Of a stretch of DNA of 64,000 nucleotides, positions 35,549-47,058 are shown piece by piece. The notes under the pieces are model-generated. The model saw only the letters and a list, made by a program, of their open reading frames with translations. It made no database searches and was not told the DNA's origin. Position numbers and translations under genes: made by a program. Every line of letters begins with the position of its first letter. Position 1 is the stretch's first letter. The DNA is from a virus (Duplodnaviria; Caudoviricetes), in the IMG/VR virus record IMGVR_UViG_3300031992_000016, positions 32,001 to 96,000 of that record. One strand, written 5' to 3'.

Positions 35549-36652
35549 ATGTATTATTATGACAAGGACGAAATCAAAAATAAACTCACTACTGATATGA
35601 TTTTTGAGTGTGTCCAGGATTGTGGCGGTTCTCCTAACCGCACCCCATTCGGCTTTATATCCGCCACAATCTGTCATAATAAATATGGAGAAGGTTCTCA
35701 CAAATTGTATTATTATGAGAATACTCGTTTGTTTAGATGTTATACAGGTTGTGACGCGACATTTGATATTTTTGAATTAATTACTAAAATTCATAAGATT
35801 AATCATCCGGAAGATACTGAATGGTCTTTGTATAGCTCAGTTTGTTGGGTAGCGCAAAAGTTTCATTTTGCTCCTACAAATACAGTAACAAAAGAAGCAG
35901 GTAAAGAATTACCAGAGTGGGGATTATTTGAACGGCGCGCACAATTTAAATTAACAGAAGAACAACCTCGTATTCAGTTACCAGAATTTCCAAAAACTAT
36001 TTTATATAATTTGCCACGCCCGATTGTTCCTGACTGGATAAATGAAGGCATGACGCAAGAAGCAATCAATCATCATATGATTGGTTATTATGCACCAACA
36101 GAGCAATTAACTATTCCGCACTTTGATATAGATGATAGATTTATAGGATTGCGCGGGCGAGCACTCGGTGAAGATGGTGCGCAATATGGTAAATATCGCC
36201 CAATGATGATTAGTGGTAGAATGTATAATCATCCATTGGGTTTAAATTTATATAATATTAATAATGCTAAAACCGCAATACAAAAGATACGTAAAGCAAT
36301 TATCTTTGAAGGCGAGAAAAGCGCCATTTTATATGAATCATATTTTGGACAAGAAAATGATATTTCTGTTGCGTGTTGCGGTTCTAACATTAGTAGTTAT
36401 CAAATTAAATTATTATTAGACCTCGGAGTGGAAGAAATTATTATCGCGTTTGATAGACAGTTTCAAACGCGAGGGGATGAAGAATTTAAACATCTAACTC
36501 GAAATCTAACTTCCATAAACAAAAAATATAGGCCGTATGTATTAATCTCTTTTATCTTTGATAAAACGGATTTACTGCCCTATAAAGCATCCCCAATAGA
36601 TTTAGGTAAAGACGTTTTTTTGAAGATGTTTAAGGAGAGAATTATTCTATGA
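35549..36652 (+). CDS. DNA primase
   Basis: CH...CYTGC Zn domain; IPH...GLRGR; TOPRIM FEGEKS...AFD. Confidence 0.85.
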   Translation: MYYYDKDEIKNKLTTDMIFECVQDCGGSPNRTPFGFISATICHNKYGEGSHKLYYYENTRLFRCYTGCDATFDIFELITKIHKINHPEDTEWSLYSSVCWVAQKFHFAPTNTVTKEAGKELPEWGLFERRAQFKLTEEQPRIQLPEFPKTILYNLPRPIVPDWINEGMTQEAINHHMIGYYAPTEQLTIPHFDIDDRFIGLRGRALGEDGAQYGKYRPMMISGRMYNHPLGLNLYNINNAKTAIQKIRKAIIFEGEKSAILYESYFGQENDISVACCGSNISSYQIKLLLDLGVEEIIIAFDRQFQTRGDEEFKHLTRNLTSINKKYRPYVLISFIFDKTDLLPYKASPIDLGKDVFLKMFKERIIL

Positions 36653-38400
36653 AATATAAGTTGATTAATGAACAAACATATAGTGATTGGATAGAACAGG
36701 TTTTACACAATCGTGGTTTAACTGATAGAGAGATACATCTTTATTTAAATCCATATGAGTCATTGGAGCACGATTGGCGTGAATTATCACATATAGGAGA
36801 TGCGGCGTATCAAGTAGCAATGGCAATCGCGCAGCAAAAGAAGGTATATGTACAAGTCGATTGCGACTGCGATGGCTATACCTCTGCCGCGGCACTATTA
36901 AATTATTTATGGTCATTATTTCCAGCTACTATTGAAAATAACTGGACGTGGGGACTTCATGCTAATAAAGAACATGGCATTGAAGTAGAAGCAGTAAAAA
37001 CATTAATCCCCTCTGGCTTACATATGGTAATTGCGCCTGATAGTTCAAGTAATGAGCATGACATACATAAAGAACTATTAAATGATTGGAATATTAAAAC
37101 AATAGTATTAGACCACCATGAAGCAACACCTGATGCAGAAGACCCCGCGTATATTGTAAATAATCAAATGTGCAATTATCCAAATAAAACATTAAGTGGC
37201 GTTGGCATTGTTTATAAATTCTGTGAAGCATTTGATGAGATGTTTGGTTTTAATAATCATACGCAGATTTTAGACTTAGTTGCTCTTGGTATGATTGGTG
37301 ATATGATGGATATGCGTTCATTAGAAACTCGATATTTAATTACTGAAGGTCTAGCATATCCGCAAAATCCATATTTTACTGGAATGTTAATGAAACAGCA
37401 ATACCAGCTGCAAGATAATTTTACGCCATTTAATATAGCATTTTATGTTGTGCCATATATTAATGCAATTACAAGAGTAGGAACACAAGAAGAAAAAGAA
37501 TTAATCTTTCAAGCATTATTAGATTTTAAAGCGCATAATTTAATTGTTTCTACAAAACGTGGTGACGCACCTGGGACTATGACTGAACTAGTAACACAAG
37601 CTGTGCGGGTGTGCGGCAATGTGAAGGCACGACAGGAACGAGAAAAGAAAGCAGTAATTGACCAATTAGATGATATGATTGTAAATAATCGTCTTACAGA
37701 TTATCCAGTGATTATTTGTGAGATGAAAGAACCAATAGATGCAAATCTCACTGGCTTAGTTGCTAACTATGTAATGGCTAAATACGGTAAGCCAACACTT
37801 ATTCTTAATTGGCGCGATGACCATTGGGCTGGTAGCGGTCGCGCATTTCCAATAGCCGAAGTAGAGAATTGGCGTAATTTTTTTGAGAACGATTGCTCAG
37901 TTATATATGCGCAAGGACATGCTAATGCTTTTGGTATCGCAATGACTGCGGAGCAATTACAAGAATTAAAACAGCAAATGAACACTTGGTCTTTTGTAAT
38001 TACTCCTATTCATGACGTTGATTTTGTATTTAATGCTAAATCTGAATTGTTGGTACATTGTATTAAACGTCTTACTGAACGCGGCGATTTGTGGGGACAA
38101 GGAGTAAGCGAACCAGAAATTTGTGTTGAGCATGTAAAAATAGATGCGAAACAAATTCATTTATTTTCTCCTGATAAAAAACCTACCATTCGTTTCGATT
38201 TGCCGCACAATATCGCAGGAATGATTTTTAATACAACGCAAACAGTATATGATAAATTAGTCAGTATGATACCTGAGATGGGTGCGATTGAATTAAGGAT
38301 TATTGGTAAGGCATCATTAAATAATTATAATGGGAATATTACACAACAAATCATAATCTCTGACTATGAAGTAACAAATGTGATAGACCTTGACTTTTAA
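36649..38400 (+). CDS. recJ: RecJ-like DHH ssDNA exonuclease
   Basis: DCDCDG, DHH, SGVG, GSGR, GHANAFG. Confidence 0.88.
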   Translation: MKYKLINEQTYSDWIEQVLHNRGLTDREIHLYLNPYESLEHDWRELSHIGDAAYQVAMAIAQQKKVYVQVDCDCDGYTSAAALLNYLWSLFPATIENNWTWGLHANKEHGIEVEAVKTLIPSGLHMVIAPDSSSNEHDIHKELLNDWNIKTIVLDHHEATPDAEDPAYIVNNQMCNYPNKTLSGVGIVYKFCEAFDEMFGFNNHTQILDLVALGMIGDMMDMRSLETRYLITEGLAYPQNPYFTGMLMKQQYQLQDNFTPFNIAFYVVPYINAITRVGTQEEKELIFQALLDFKAHNLIVSTKRGDAPGTMTELVTQAVRVCGNVKARQEREKKAVIDQLDDMIVNNRLTDYPVIICEMKEPIDANLTGLVANYVMAKYGKPTLILNWRDDHWAGSGRAFPIAEVENWRNFFENDCSVIYAQGHANAFGIAMTAEQLQELKQQMNTWSFVITPIHDVDFVFNAKSELLVHCIKRLTERGDLWGQGVSEPEICVEHVKIDAKQIHLFSPDKKPTIRFDLPHNIAGMIFNTTQTVYDKLVSMIPEMGAIELRIIGKASLNNYNGNITQQIIISDYEVTNVIDLDF

Positions 38401-38418
38401 ATAAAAATATGATATAAT
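38390..38418 (+). promoter_or_regulatory. sigma-A-type promoter
   Basis: TTGACT-17-TGaTATAAT. Confidence 0.8.
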
Positions 38419-38442
38419 AAATATAGAAAATAGTAGGAGATT

Positions 38443-39639
38443 ATGTGTATGATTTTAACTGCTAAACAAGAACAAGGATTGAAAATCGCGGTTGAACGTT
38501 ATCATAATAATGAACCATATACAGTAATCGCAGGCTATGCTGGCACTGGTAAATCTACTCTTATTAGATTTATCATTGCCGCATTAGATTTAGATGAACA
38601 TTTTGTAACCTATGTGGCATATACGGGAAAAGCCGCGCAAGTGTTGCGGAACAAGGGTTGCCCTAATGCTCGTACAGCACACAAGTTGCTCTATCGTTCA
38701 GTTCCTAAAAAGGATGGAACATTTTTTCATCTACCTGTTGAGTCATTAGCGCCATATCAATTAGTTGTTGTTGATGAAGTTTCTATGCTCCCTAAGAAAA
38801 TGTGGGAGCAATTATTGTCATATGGTGTTCATGTTATTGCTTTGGGCGATCCTGGCCAGTTGCCACCTGTTGCGGCAGAAGATAATGGTGTATTGGAGCA
38901 TCCGCAAATCTTTTTGGACGAAGTAATGCGGCAAGCAGAAGAAAGCGAAATTATTCGTTTAACTATGGACATTCGAGAAGGGAAGCCTTTACAATACCAA
39001 CATGGACAAGAAGTGCGTGTTGTAGATCGTAATGAATTTTTAAAGCCAGGTTTCCTCTTTTGGGCCGACCAAGTATTGGTTGGAAAAAATGCTACCAGAC
39101 GTTTGCTTAATATGTCAATGCGGCAAGGGCTATGGAAAGAGCAATATCAAGAGGAACCAATCGTAGGAGATAAATTAATTTGTTTGCGCAACGATTGGGA
39201 TAGAAGTAATGCTTCTGGTGATGCAATGGTTAATGGTATGACTGGGCATTTAAAATATATTAGATATGCTACTGCCAAAACAGAAATTAACCCTTTTATG
39301 AAGCGCACACCCATTATTGATTTCCAACCTGACTATGAAGATGCTGGGTTATTTGACTCAGTAGAAGTTGATTATAAGTTACTTACTACTGGCGAACCAA
39401 CAGTGGTAAGAGGATTTAATGGTAATTGGGGAAAAATACCTAAGTTATATCATCCTCATGAATTTGATTATGGGTATGCGATTACGACGCATAAAAGCCA
39501 GGGTAGTGAATTTGACAAAGTAATTGTTTTAGAAGAGTTTTTGAAAAGTGAAAGTCGTGAAGACCATATTAAATGGTTATATACCGCGGCAACACGTGCG
39601 GCAAAGAAGTTGATTATTGTTAAGAATTTTCACCCTTGA
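38443..39639 (+). CDS. RecD/Dda-like SF1B helicase
   Basis: GYAGTGKS, DEVSM, GDPGQLPPV, YAITTHKSQGSE, YTAATRA. Confidence 0.9.
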   Translation: MCMILTAKQEQGLKIAVERYHNNEPYTVIAGYAGTGKSTLIRFIIAALDLDEHFVTYVAYTGKAAQVLRNKGCPNARTAHKLLYRSVPKKDGTFFHLPVESLAPYQLVVVDEVSMLPKKMWEQLLSYGVHVIALGDPGQLPPVAAEDNGVLEHPQIFLDEVMRQAEESEIIRLTMDIREGKPLQYQHGQEVRVVDRNEFLKPGFLFWADQVLVGKNATRRLLNMSMRQGLWKEQYQEEPIVGDKLICLRNDWDRSNASGDAMVNGMTGHLKYIRYATAKTEINPFMKRTPIIDFQPDYEDAGLFDSVEVDYKLLTTGEPTVVRGFNGNWGKIPKLYHPHEFDYGYAITTHKSQGSEFDKVIVLEEFLKSESREDHIKWLYTAATRAAKKLIIVKNFHP

Positions 39640-39664
39640 TTTTTTTAAAAAAGTATGATATAAT
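39636..39664 (+). promoter_or_regulatory. sigma-A-type promoter
   Basis: TTGATT-17-TGaTATAAT; overlaps TGA stop. Confidence 0.8.
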
Positions 39665-39697
39665 ATATATAGAATAAGGAAGAAAGAGGATTGTTGT

Positions 39698-42600
39698 ATG
39701 GCATTTTTTAACGATCATAATCACACGATGTATAGCAATCTTCGGTTAATTGATAGTATAAATAAACCGAAAGACTTAATTGATTATGCAATTCAATTAG
39801 GTCTTTCTGGTATTGCAATTACAGACCATGAAGCATTGTGTTGTCATATCGAAGTAAATCAGTATGCGCAGAAAATAAAAGAGCAGCATCCTGATTTTAA
39901 AATTGCATTAGGAAATGAAATTTATTTAACTGATACAAGAGAACCTCGGCAGAATTATTATCATTTTATTTTGATTGCAAAAGATGCACTTGGGCATAAG
40001 GCATTGCGTATTTTGAGTTCAAAAGCATGGTATAATACGTATTATGCAAGTATGGAAAGAGTTCCAACTTTGAAAAGTGAATTGGCCGAAGTAATGCAGG
40101 AGTATAAGGGACATGTAATCGCAACAACTGCATGTATTGGCGGCGAGCTTGGACAAAATTTTTTACATCAACGGATAATGCTGAAAGCCGGTTTAGCAGA
40201 TACGCAAGCTGAACAAAACATTCGTGAGTATTTGGATTTTTGCATTAATCTTTTTGGTGACGATTTTTATATTGAAGTTGCACCTGGCGAAAGTGAAGAG
40301 CAGATTTATGTAAATAAAAGATTATGGGAAATTGCGCAGGAATATAATTTAAAGATTGTCCCTGGAACAGATAGTCATTATTTGAAAAAAGAATTGCGGT
40401 TTGCGCATAAAGCATATCTTAATTCAAAAGATGGCGAACGTGAAGTTGATACATTTTATGAATATGCGTATTTAATGAGCGAAGAAGAGTGCCGTCAGCA
40501 TCTACATGCAAGTTTTGATGATAATACGATTGACTGGATGTTTGAATGCACTCAAACGATGCAGAATAGCATACAAGATTATTCTTTGGAGCGTCCGCAG
40601 CAAATCCCAACAGTTAAGATTGACCCACCTGCTCCATGTGCATGGTGGGGAGTAAATAATCCATTTGCTGATGATTTTGGTAAAGGCGGATGCTATGAAC
40701 TAATTGGTTCATTATTCACATCAAAAGAGCCCCAGGAACGTCAATGGATTAATGATGTGTGGGATGCTTTGGCTGATAAGATTGGTTATTGGGGAGAACA
40801 TGAAGATTATGTGGCAAGAATTCAAACAGAAGCTGAGGTCATCAGATACATTGGAGATCGCCTTGGGACTTGTCTATTTGCTTATTTCAATACCTTTAAG
40901 CATTATATTGATTTGTTCTGGGATTGTGGTTCTATCGTTGGCCCTGGTCGTGGCAGTGCTACGGGATTTTTATCAAATTATCTGCTTGGTATTACGCAAC
41001 TTGACCCAATGAAATGGGATTTACCTTGGTGGAGATTTTTGAATAAAGAACGCGCGGAATTGCCTGATATTGATATTGACTTGGCGCCAAGCGTTCGTCC
41101 TGAAATTTTTGAGAAGATTAGAGAAGAACGTGGCGAACTTGGATGTGTTCAGGTTGTTACGTTTGGAACAGAAGGGACAAAAAGTGCAATTCAAACAGCA
41201 TGCCGTGGATATAGAGCGCAAGATGATTTTGGTAAAGAGTTATATCCTGATGGTATTGATGTTGATGTGGCAAACTATCTTAGTTCTTTAATTCCACAAG
41301 AACGTGGATTTTTGTGGAGTTTGCATGATTGTATTTATGGAAATGAAGAGTTAAATCGTAAGCCTGTTGGTTTATTGATATTGGAATTAGATAAGTATCC
41401 AGGATTGTTGAATATTATTGAAAATATTGAAGGTATTGTTAAGCAGCGTGGTATTCATGCATCTGGTGTAATTTTATATGATGCAGAACATATTTATGAC
41501 ACCGCCGCGATTATGCGTAGTAAAGAAGGAGATTTAACTACTTGTTATGACTTGCATATGTGTGAGGCAGCTGGCGATACTAAATATGACTTCTTGGTAA
41601 CAGAAGTTTGTGATAAAATTATCAAATGTTATGAACTTTTGAAAGAACATTATGAAATTCCAAATATCAACTTGCGGTCATTTTATGATCACTATCTTCA
41701 TCCCGAACATATTGATGTAAATAATCCTATTATTTGGGATCATCTTGCAAAAGGTGACGTATTAGATGTGTTCCAATTCAATAGCGGTGTTGGATTAGCG
41801 ATGGCAAAAGCAATTAAAGCAACTAATCCTTTAGAAATGACTGCTGCGAACGCTATGATACGTCTAATGTCAGAACCTGGCGTTGAAAGCCAGCAGGATA
41901 GATATATTAGAATTAGAGATGGCGGCATTGGTTTATTTGATAAAGAAATGCGTCAAGCACATTTACCAGAGAATATGATTGAAGCAATGCATAAGTATTG
42001 TGATACATATTATGGATGTTGTGCAATTCAAGAGCAAATGATGCAAATTCTAATGGATGACAATATCGCTCATTTCACATTGAAAGAAGCAAATGATGCA
42101 CGTAAAATCGTAGCAAAGAAACAAATGAAACGTATCCCAGAGTTGCGGCAGAAAGTATATAATGCTATTGGAGATACGAAAAAAGCAGACTATATTTGGG
42201 AAGTTGCAGTGCGGCCACAGCTGGGATATGCGTTTAGTTTGAATCATAGTTTGCCTTATAGCTTTGTTGGCATTCAAACCATTATTTTAGCAACTCAGTT
42301 TAGTCCAGTATATTGGAATGCAGCATGTTTGATTGTAAATAGTGGTGCGGTCGATCCAGAGGAGAAGGGTCAAACTGATTACGCGAAAATTGCGAAAGCA
42401 GTTAATGATATTAAAGATCGTGGAATTGTTGTATCACCTATTGACATTAATGTATCAGAATATGGTTTCACGCCGAACGCCGCAACTAATTCAATTATGT
42501 TCGGTATGAAAGGATTGTTGAATGTAGGTGAAGATGTTATCACAACTATCATCAACAATCGTCCGTATGTAAGTTTTGAAGATTTTTACAATAGAGTAAA

Positions 42601-43576
42601 ATTAACAAAACAACCAATGATTGCATTAATTAAATCTGGTGCATTTGATAAATTTGAAGATCGAAAGAAATTGATGGCAAAATATTTGTGGTTAGTCTGT
42701 GATAAAAAGAAAAAGATTAATTTACAGAATATGGCTGGGTTAATTAGACGTGATATGTTACCAGACGAATTAAAGAAACAACGAGCAGTATTTGAGTTTA
42801 ATCGTTATTTAAGAGATAAGTGTGCTAAACAACCAGGAGTTTATCAATTAGATGATAGAGCATTAGGTTTTCTTGAAAAGTATGATGCAGAGTTCCCATT
42901 AACAATTGAAAATAATACATACTTATTAGATGCAAAGTTGTGGGAGCGCGAGTATAAAGTTCAAATGGACATTGTGCGCGAATGGATGAAAGACAATCAA
43001 GAAGATGCACTTTATCGGTTGAATAAAGAAATCTTTTTGGAAGATTGGAACAAATATGCGAGTGGCAATTATTCATCTTGGGAAATGGAAGTAATGTGTT
43101 TCTATGATCATCCTCACGAATTGATAAATGTAAGTAAATATAAGTATGGTATTATGAATTACTTTGATTTACCAGAAGAGCCAATCGTAGAAACGTTGTG
43201 GCGTGGTCGTATCCCGATTTATAAGTTGTCGCGCATATTTGGTACAGTTATCGCAAAGAATAAAACAAAATCTCAGGTAACACTTTTGACACCAGAAGGT
43301 GTTGTAACAGTTAAATTCACAAAAGAATATTTTGCAATGTTTGATAGACAAATTAGTCAAAAGAACCTTGATGGAACAAAACATGTCGTTGAAAAATCTT
43401 GGTTCAATCGTGGTAGTATGATTATGGTTACTGGAATGCGGCGCGGTGATGAGTTTGTAGCAAAGAAGTATTCTGCAACACCTGGTCATCAGCTGTATAA
43501 AATTATTAAAGTCAATACTGATGGCACAATCGTCCTGCAAGACCAGCGAGCGCAAGGAGATTTAGAAGATGAATGA
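39698..43576 (+). CDS. dnaE: DNA polymerase III alpha subunit (family C)
   Basis: PHP motifs HNHT/ITDH/DSHY; GPGRGS; PDIDID; HASGV; KYDFL; YAFSLNH. Confidence 0.93.
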   Translation: MAFFNDHNHTMYSNLRLIDSINKPKDLIDYAIQLGLSGIAITDHEALCCHIEVNQYAQKIKEQHPDFKIALGNEIYLTDTREPRQNYYHFILIAKDALGHKALRILSSKAWYNTYYASMERVPTLKSELAEVMQEYKGHVIATTACIGGELGQNFLHQRIMLKAGLADTQAEQNIREYLDFCINLFGDDFYIEVAPGESEEQIYVNKRLWEIAQEYNLKIVPGTDSHYLKKELRFAHKAYLNSKDGEREVDTFYEYAYLMSEEECRQHLHASFDDNTIDWMFECTQTMQNSIQDYSLERPQQIPTVKIDPPAPCAWWGVNNPFADDFGKGGCYELIGSLFTSKEPQERQWINDVWDALADKIGYWGEHEDYVARIQTEAEVIRYIGDRLGTCLFAYFNTFKHYIDLFWDCGSIVGPGRGSATGFLSNYLLGITQLDPMKWDLPWWRFLNKERAELPDIDIDLAPSVRPEIFEKIREERGELGCVQVVTFGTEGTKSAIQTACRGYRAQDDFGKELYPDGIDVDVANYLSSLIPQERGFLWSLHDCIYGNEELNRKPVGLLILELDKYPGLLNIIENIEGIVKQRGIHASGVILYDAEHIYDTAAIMRSKEGDLTTCYDLHMCEAAGDTKYDFLVTEVCDKIIKCYELLKEHYEIPNINLRSFYDHYLHPEHIDVNNPIIWDHLAKGDVLDVFQFNSGVGLAMAKAIKATNPLEMTAANAMIRLMSEPGVESQQDRYIRIRDGGIGLFDKEMRQAHLPENMIEAMHKYCDTYYGCCAIQEQMMQILMDDNIAHFTLKEANDARKIVAKKQMKRIPELRQKVYNAIGDTKKADYIWEVAVRPQLGYAFSLNHSLPYSFVGIQTIILATQFSPVYWNAACLIVNSGAVDPEEKGQTDYAKIAKAVNDIKDRGIVVSPIDINVSEYGFTPNAATNSIMFGMKGLLNVGEDVITTIINNRPYVSFEDFYNRVKLTKQPMIALIKSGAFDKFEDRKKLMAKYLWLVCDKKKKINLQNMAGLIRRDMLPDELKKQRAVFEFNRYLRDKCAKQPGVYQLDDRALGFLEKYDAEFPLTIENNTYLLDAKLWEREYKVQMDIVREWMKDNQEDALYRLNKEIFLEDWNKYASGNYSSWEMEVMCFYDHPHELINVSKYKYGIMNYFDLPEEPIVETLWRGRIPIYKLSRIFGTVIAKNKTKSQVTLLTPEGVVTVKFTKEYFAMFDRQISQKNLDGTKHVVEKSWFNRGSMIMVTGMRRGDEFVAKKYSATPGHQLYKIIKVNTDGTIVLQDQRAQGDLEDE

Positions 43577-44219
43577 GAATGTAAAAACTATCATTGCTAT
43601 ATGCGGTAAATCTGGGTCTGGTAAAGACTCACTTGAAAAATTAATGTGTAAGTTGGTTCCTATCGCGCATCCAATAGTCAGTCATACTACCCGCCCCAAG
43701 CGGGAGTATGAAACTGACGGCGTAGATTATCATTATGTTACTGATGAACAATTCTTAGATTTGGTCGTTCAAGGACAAATGCTAGAAGCAAGTTATTTCA
43801 ATCATTGGCATTATGGAACTAGTTTGTCCTCTCTACAAGACGGATTAAATGTTGGAGTATTTAATCCAGATGGGCTAGATGCTCTTTTGGAAAGCTCACG
43901 AGAGCGTAAAGATTTATTTGTACTATGCTATTATCTGGATGTAGATGGCAAAACACGCTTGCTGCGTCAGCTGAACCGAGAAGAGCACCCTGATGTTGAT
44001 GAAATTATTCGTCGATATAGCACTGATGAAGTTGATTTTGGTGATATTAATCTATTCCCAATTACTGCACTAATTAATGATACTCCAACTGACTTATATG
44101 ATAATATTTTAATTATCTTAGATGATATTAAAAATTATACTTCTCTTTTTGAAAAAGATGAATATTATGATACAGTAAGAAAGGTCATTCACGCGCGAGA
44201 CAATGACGGTGCATGGTAA
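43569..44219 (+). CDS. gmk: guanylate kinase-like protein
   Basis: GKSGSGKD, TTRPKR.YE.DGVDYHY, YGT. Confidence 0.85.
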   Translation: MNENVKTIIAICGKSGSGKDSLEKLMCKLVPIAHPIVSHTTRPKREYETDGVDYHYVTDEQFLDLVVQGQMLEASYFNHWHYGTSLSSLQDGLNVGVFNPDGLDALLESSRERKDLFVLCYYLDVDGKTRLLRQLNREEHPDVDEIIRRYSTDEVDFGDINLFPITALINDTPTDLYDNILIILDDIKNYTSLFEKDEYYDTVRKVIHARDNDGAW

Positions 44220-44287
44220 GCGCGGCGGACCTATAAAGATAATTTATTTATTTAAAATCCCAAAAATCTTATAGGAGGGATTTAAAA

Positions 44288-46525
44288 ATGGGTTTAGAAA
44301 TTATAAAACGTAATGGTAATTTAGTTCCTTTTGATAAACAGCGTATTATTGATGCAATTAATAAAGCATTTATTGAAGTCGATGGAAAACTATTTGAAAC
44401 TGACACTTCACGTAGTATCGCTGATGATGTAGAAAAATATGTTGCAATGTAGGGCGAACCAATTCACGTTGAAGCAATTCAAAATATGATTGAGTTCTAC
44501 CTTATGCAAAGCGAACGTAGAGACGTTGCTAAGGCTTATATTCGTTATAGATATAAAAGAGAAATTGCACGTTCATATAACGCAGAGTTTATTGAAGAGA
44601 TTGGTAAGAAATTACAAGCAAAAAATATTGAAAATCAGAACGCGAATGTAGATGAACATTCATTTGGTGGCAGAAAAGGTGAAGCTACAAATTTGTTGAT
44701 GAAACAGTATGCGCTTGACTTTCTTATTAGTCCTCGTCACGCATATAATCACTTGCATAATCGTATCTATATCCACGATTTAGATGCCTATGCAGTTGGT
44801 ATGCACAACTGTTTATCAATTCCTTTTGATGATTTGCTTGCGAAAGGCTTTAATACGCGACAAACTGATATTCGTCCTGCAAACAGTATTAATACTGCTT
44901 TCCAACTTGTCGCTGTTATATTCCAGTTACAGAGCTTACAACAGTTCGGTGGCGTCTCAGCAACTCATTTAGATTGGACAATGGTTCCATATGTTCAAAA
45001 GTCATTTGCTAAACATTTTAAAAAGGGCTTGCGCTGGACTGAAAAAGCGCCTGCCGATTATATTGAAAATGTTCCTGATATGATACCTATTGAGTCACCT
45101 ATCGCGCAGGACTGGGTTAATGCTTATAAATATGCTATGGCTATGACAGAGCAAGAATTAAAGCAAGCCGTAGAAGGTATGTATCATAATCTCAATACTT
45201 TACAGTCACGCAGTGGCAATCAGTTACCTTTCACTTCTATTAATTACGGCACATGCACGCTTCCAGAAGGCCGTTTGGTTATTGAAGCATTATTGAATGG
45301 TTCTATTGATGGTGTAGGTAAATTACATCGTACTCCTATTTTCCCTTGCGGTATTTTCCAAATGATGAAGGGTGTTAATAGAACACCTCGTGACCCAAAT
45401 TATGATTTATATAGATTAGCATTGCAATCAACAGCAAAACGTTTATATCCTAACTATGCTAATGTTGATTGGAGCGGCAATGCCGGTTATGACCCAGCTG
45501 ATCCAAAAACTTATTTCAGCACTATGGGTTGCCGCACTAGTAATGGTTTAGATATAAATGCAGAACCTGGTACTAATCCTCAGACCAAAGATGGCCGTGG
45601 GAATATCTGCCCAGTAACTATCATTCTCCCTACTATTGCTATGGAAGCAAAAGCAGCGTATAAAGATGATAACATTACTAATGATACGATTATTGATTAT
45701 TTTATGAGATTTTTAGGCAGCGCCATTGAAGATGCAAGAGATTGTTTATTAGAACGTTTTGACTATATTTGTTCGCAATCTCCTGAATCTGCCAAATTTA
45801 TGTATGAAAATGGCACAATGCTCGGGTATCATCCAGAAGAAGGCATCCGTTCTGCTTTAAAACATGGTACAATTGTTATTGGTCAGCTCGGTTTGGCAGA
45901 GTGCTTGGAAATTTTAATTGGTAAAAACCAGACTACCGATGAAGGTATGGCTTTGGCCAAACAAATAGAACAATTATTTAAAGAGCGTTGTGCAGAGTAT
46001 AAGCAACAGTATAAATTAAATTTTGGTGTTTATTATACCCCTGCTGAGAATCTTTGCTATACTGCTATGAAATATTTCAAACAACAGTATGGTGAAATTA
46101 AAAATGTATCTGACCATGAATATTTTACCAATAGCATCCATGTACCAGTATGGGAGCATGTTGGTGTGCTTGATAAAATTGAAATTGAAAGTCAATTAAC
46201 TGGTTATAGTAATGCAGGTTGTATCACTTACGTAGAACTTGATAGCGGCATTGCTAATAACTTAGACGCTTTGGATTAGATTGTCCAGTTTGCTATGGAC
46301 AAAGATATTCCATATCTTGCTATTAATGTTCCTAATGACACTTGTTTAGAGTGTGGTTATACTGGTGAATTTAATGATAAATGCCCGATGTGTGGCAGCA
46401 CGCATTTACAGCAATTGCGGCGTGTTACTGGTTATTTAACTGGCGATTATAAAACCGCATTTAACTGGGGCAAACAAAAAGAAACAGAAGCAAGAGTAAA
46501 ACACGTTAATGAATTAAAGGAGTGA
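44288..46525 (+). CDS. nrdD: anaerobic ribonucleoside-triphosphate reductase with ATP cone (2 TAG)
   Basis: IIKRNG ATP cone; IYIHDLD; MGCR; TPAE; CxxC...CxxC and RRVTGYL glycyl-radical motif lie past TAG 46277; other TAG at 44450. Confidence 0.93.
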
Positions 46526-46529
46526 GAAC

Positions 46530-47012
46530 ATGCGCTACGCAGGAATTATATATGATGATACCGCCGCAGCGCCGGGTTTAAGTCTCACATTCTTTACCCA
46601 AGGTTGTCCTATTCATTGCCCGGGTTGCCATAACCCGGGCACTTGGGACCCAGATGGCGGACGTGAATTTACACCAGAAGTATTAAGTAGAGTATTAGAT
46701 GGACTTACTAAAAATGGTGTAACTCGTAATTTTTGTATTATGGGCGGAGAACCGTTAGCTCCATATAATGTTTTTCTTACACATCTATTGGTAAAAACAG
46801 TAAGAGAAAAATATCCGCAAATTCAAATTTATTTATGGACTGGTTATACATTGGATCAAGTAAAAGAAAATGCAAAGAGCAATCCACATATTGACGCAAT
46901 TCTATCTAATATAGATTGCATCATTGATGGACCATTCATTCAATCACAACGTGATATTACATTATTTATGCGCGGTAGTGCCAATCAAAGAATTACATAT
47001 TTGACGGAATAA
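46530..47012 (+). CDS. nrdG: anaerobic RNR activase
   Basis: GCPIHCPGCHN, GGEP, DGPF, RGSANQR. Confidence 0.92.
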   Translation: MRYAGIIYDDTAAAPGLSLTFFTQGCPIHCPGCHNPGTWDPDGGREFTPEVLSRVLDGLTKNGVTRNFCIMGGEPLAPYNVFLTHLLVKTVREKYPQIQIYLWTGYTLDQVKENAKSNPHIDAILSNIDCIIDGPFIQSQRDITLFMRGSANQRITYLTE

Positions 47013-47029
47013 AAAAAATATGATATAAT
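47001..47029 (+). promoter_or_regulatory. sigma-A-type promoter
   Basis: TTGACG-17-TGaTATAAT. Confidence 0.75.
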
Positions 47030-47058
47030 GTACATAGAAAATATAAGGAGCTAATAGC

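Noticed and set aside
44288-46525. Intron or split gene in nrdD; intein in dnaE or the helicase
   Set aside because: The frame is continuous through single TAGs; protein lengths and motifs leave no evident insertion or intein termini
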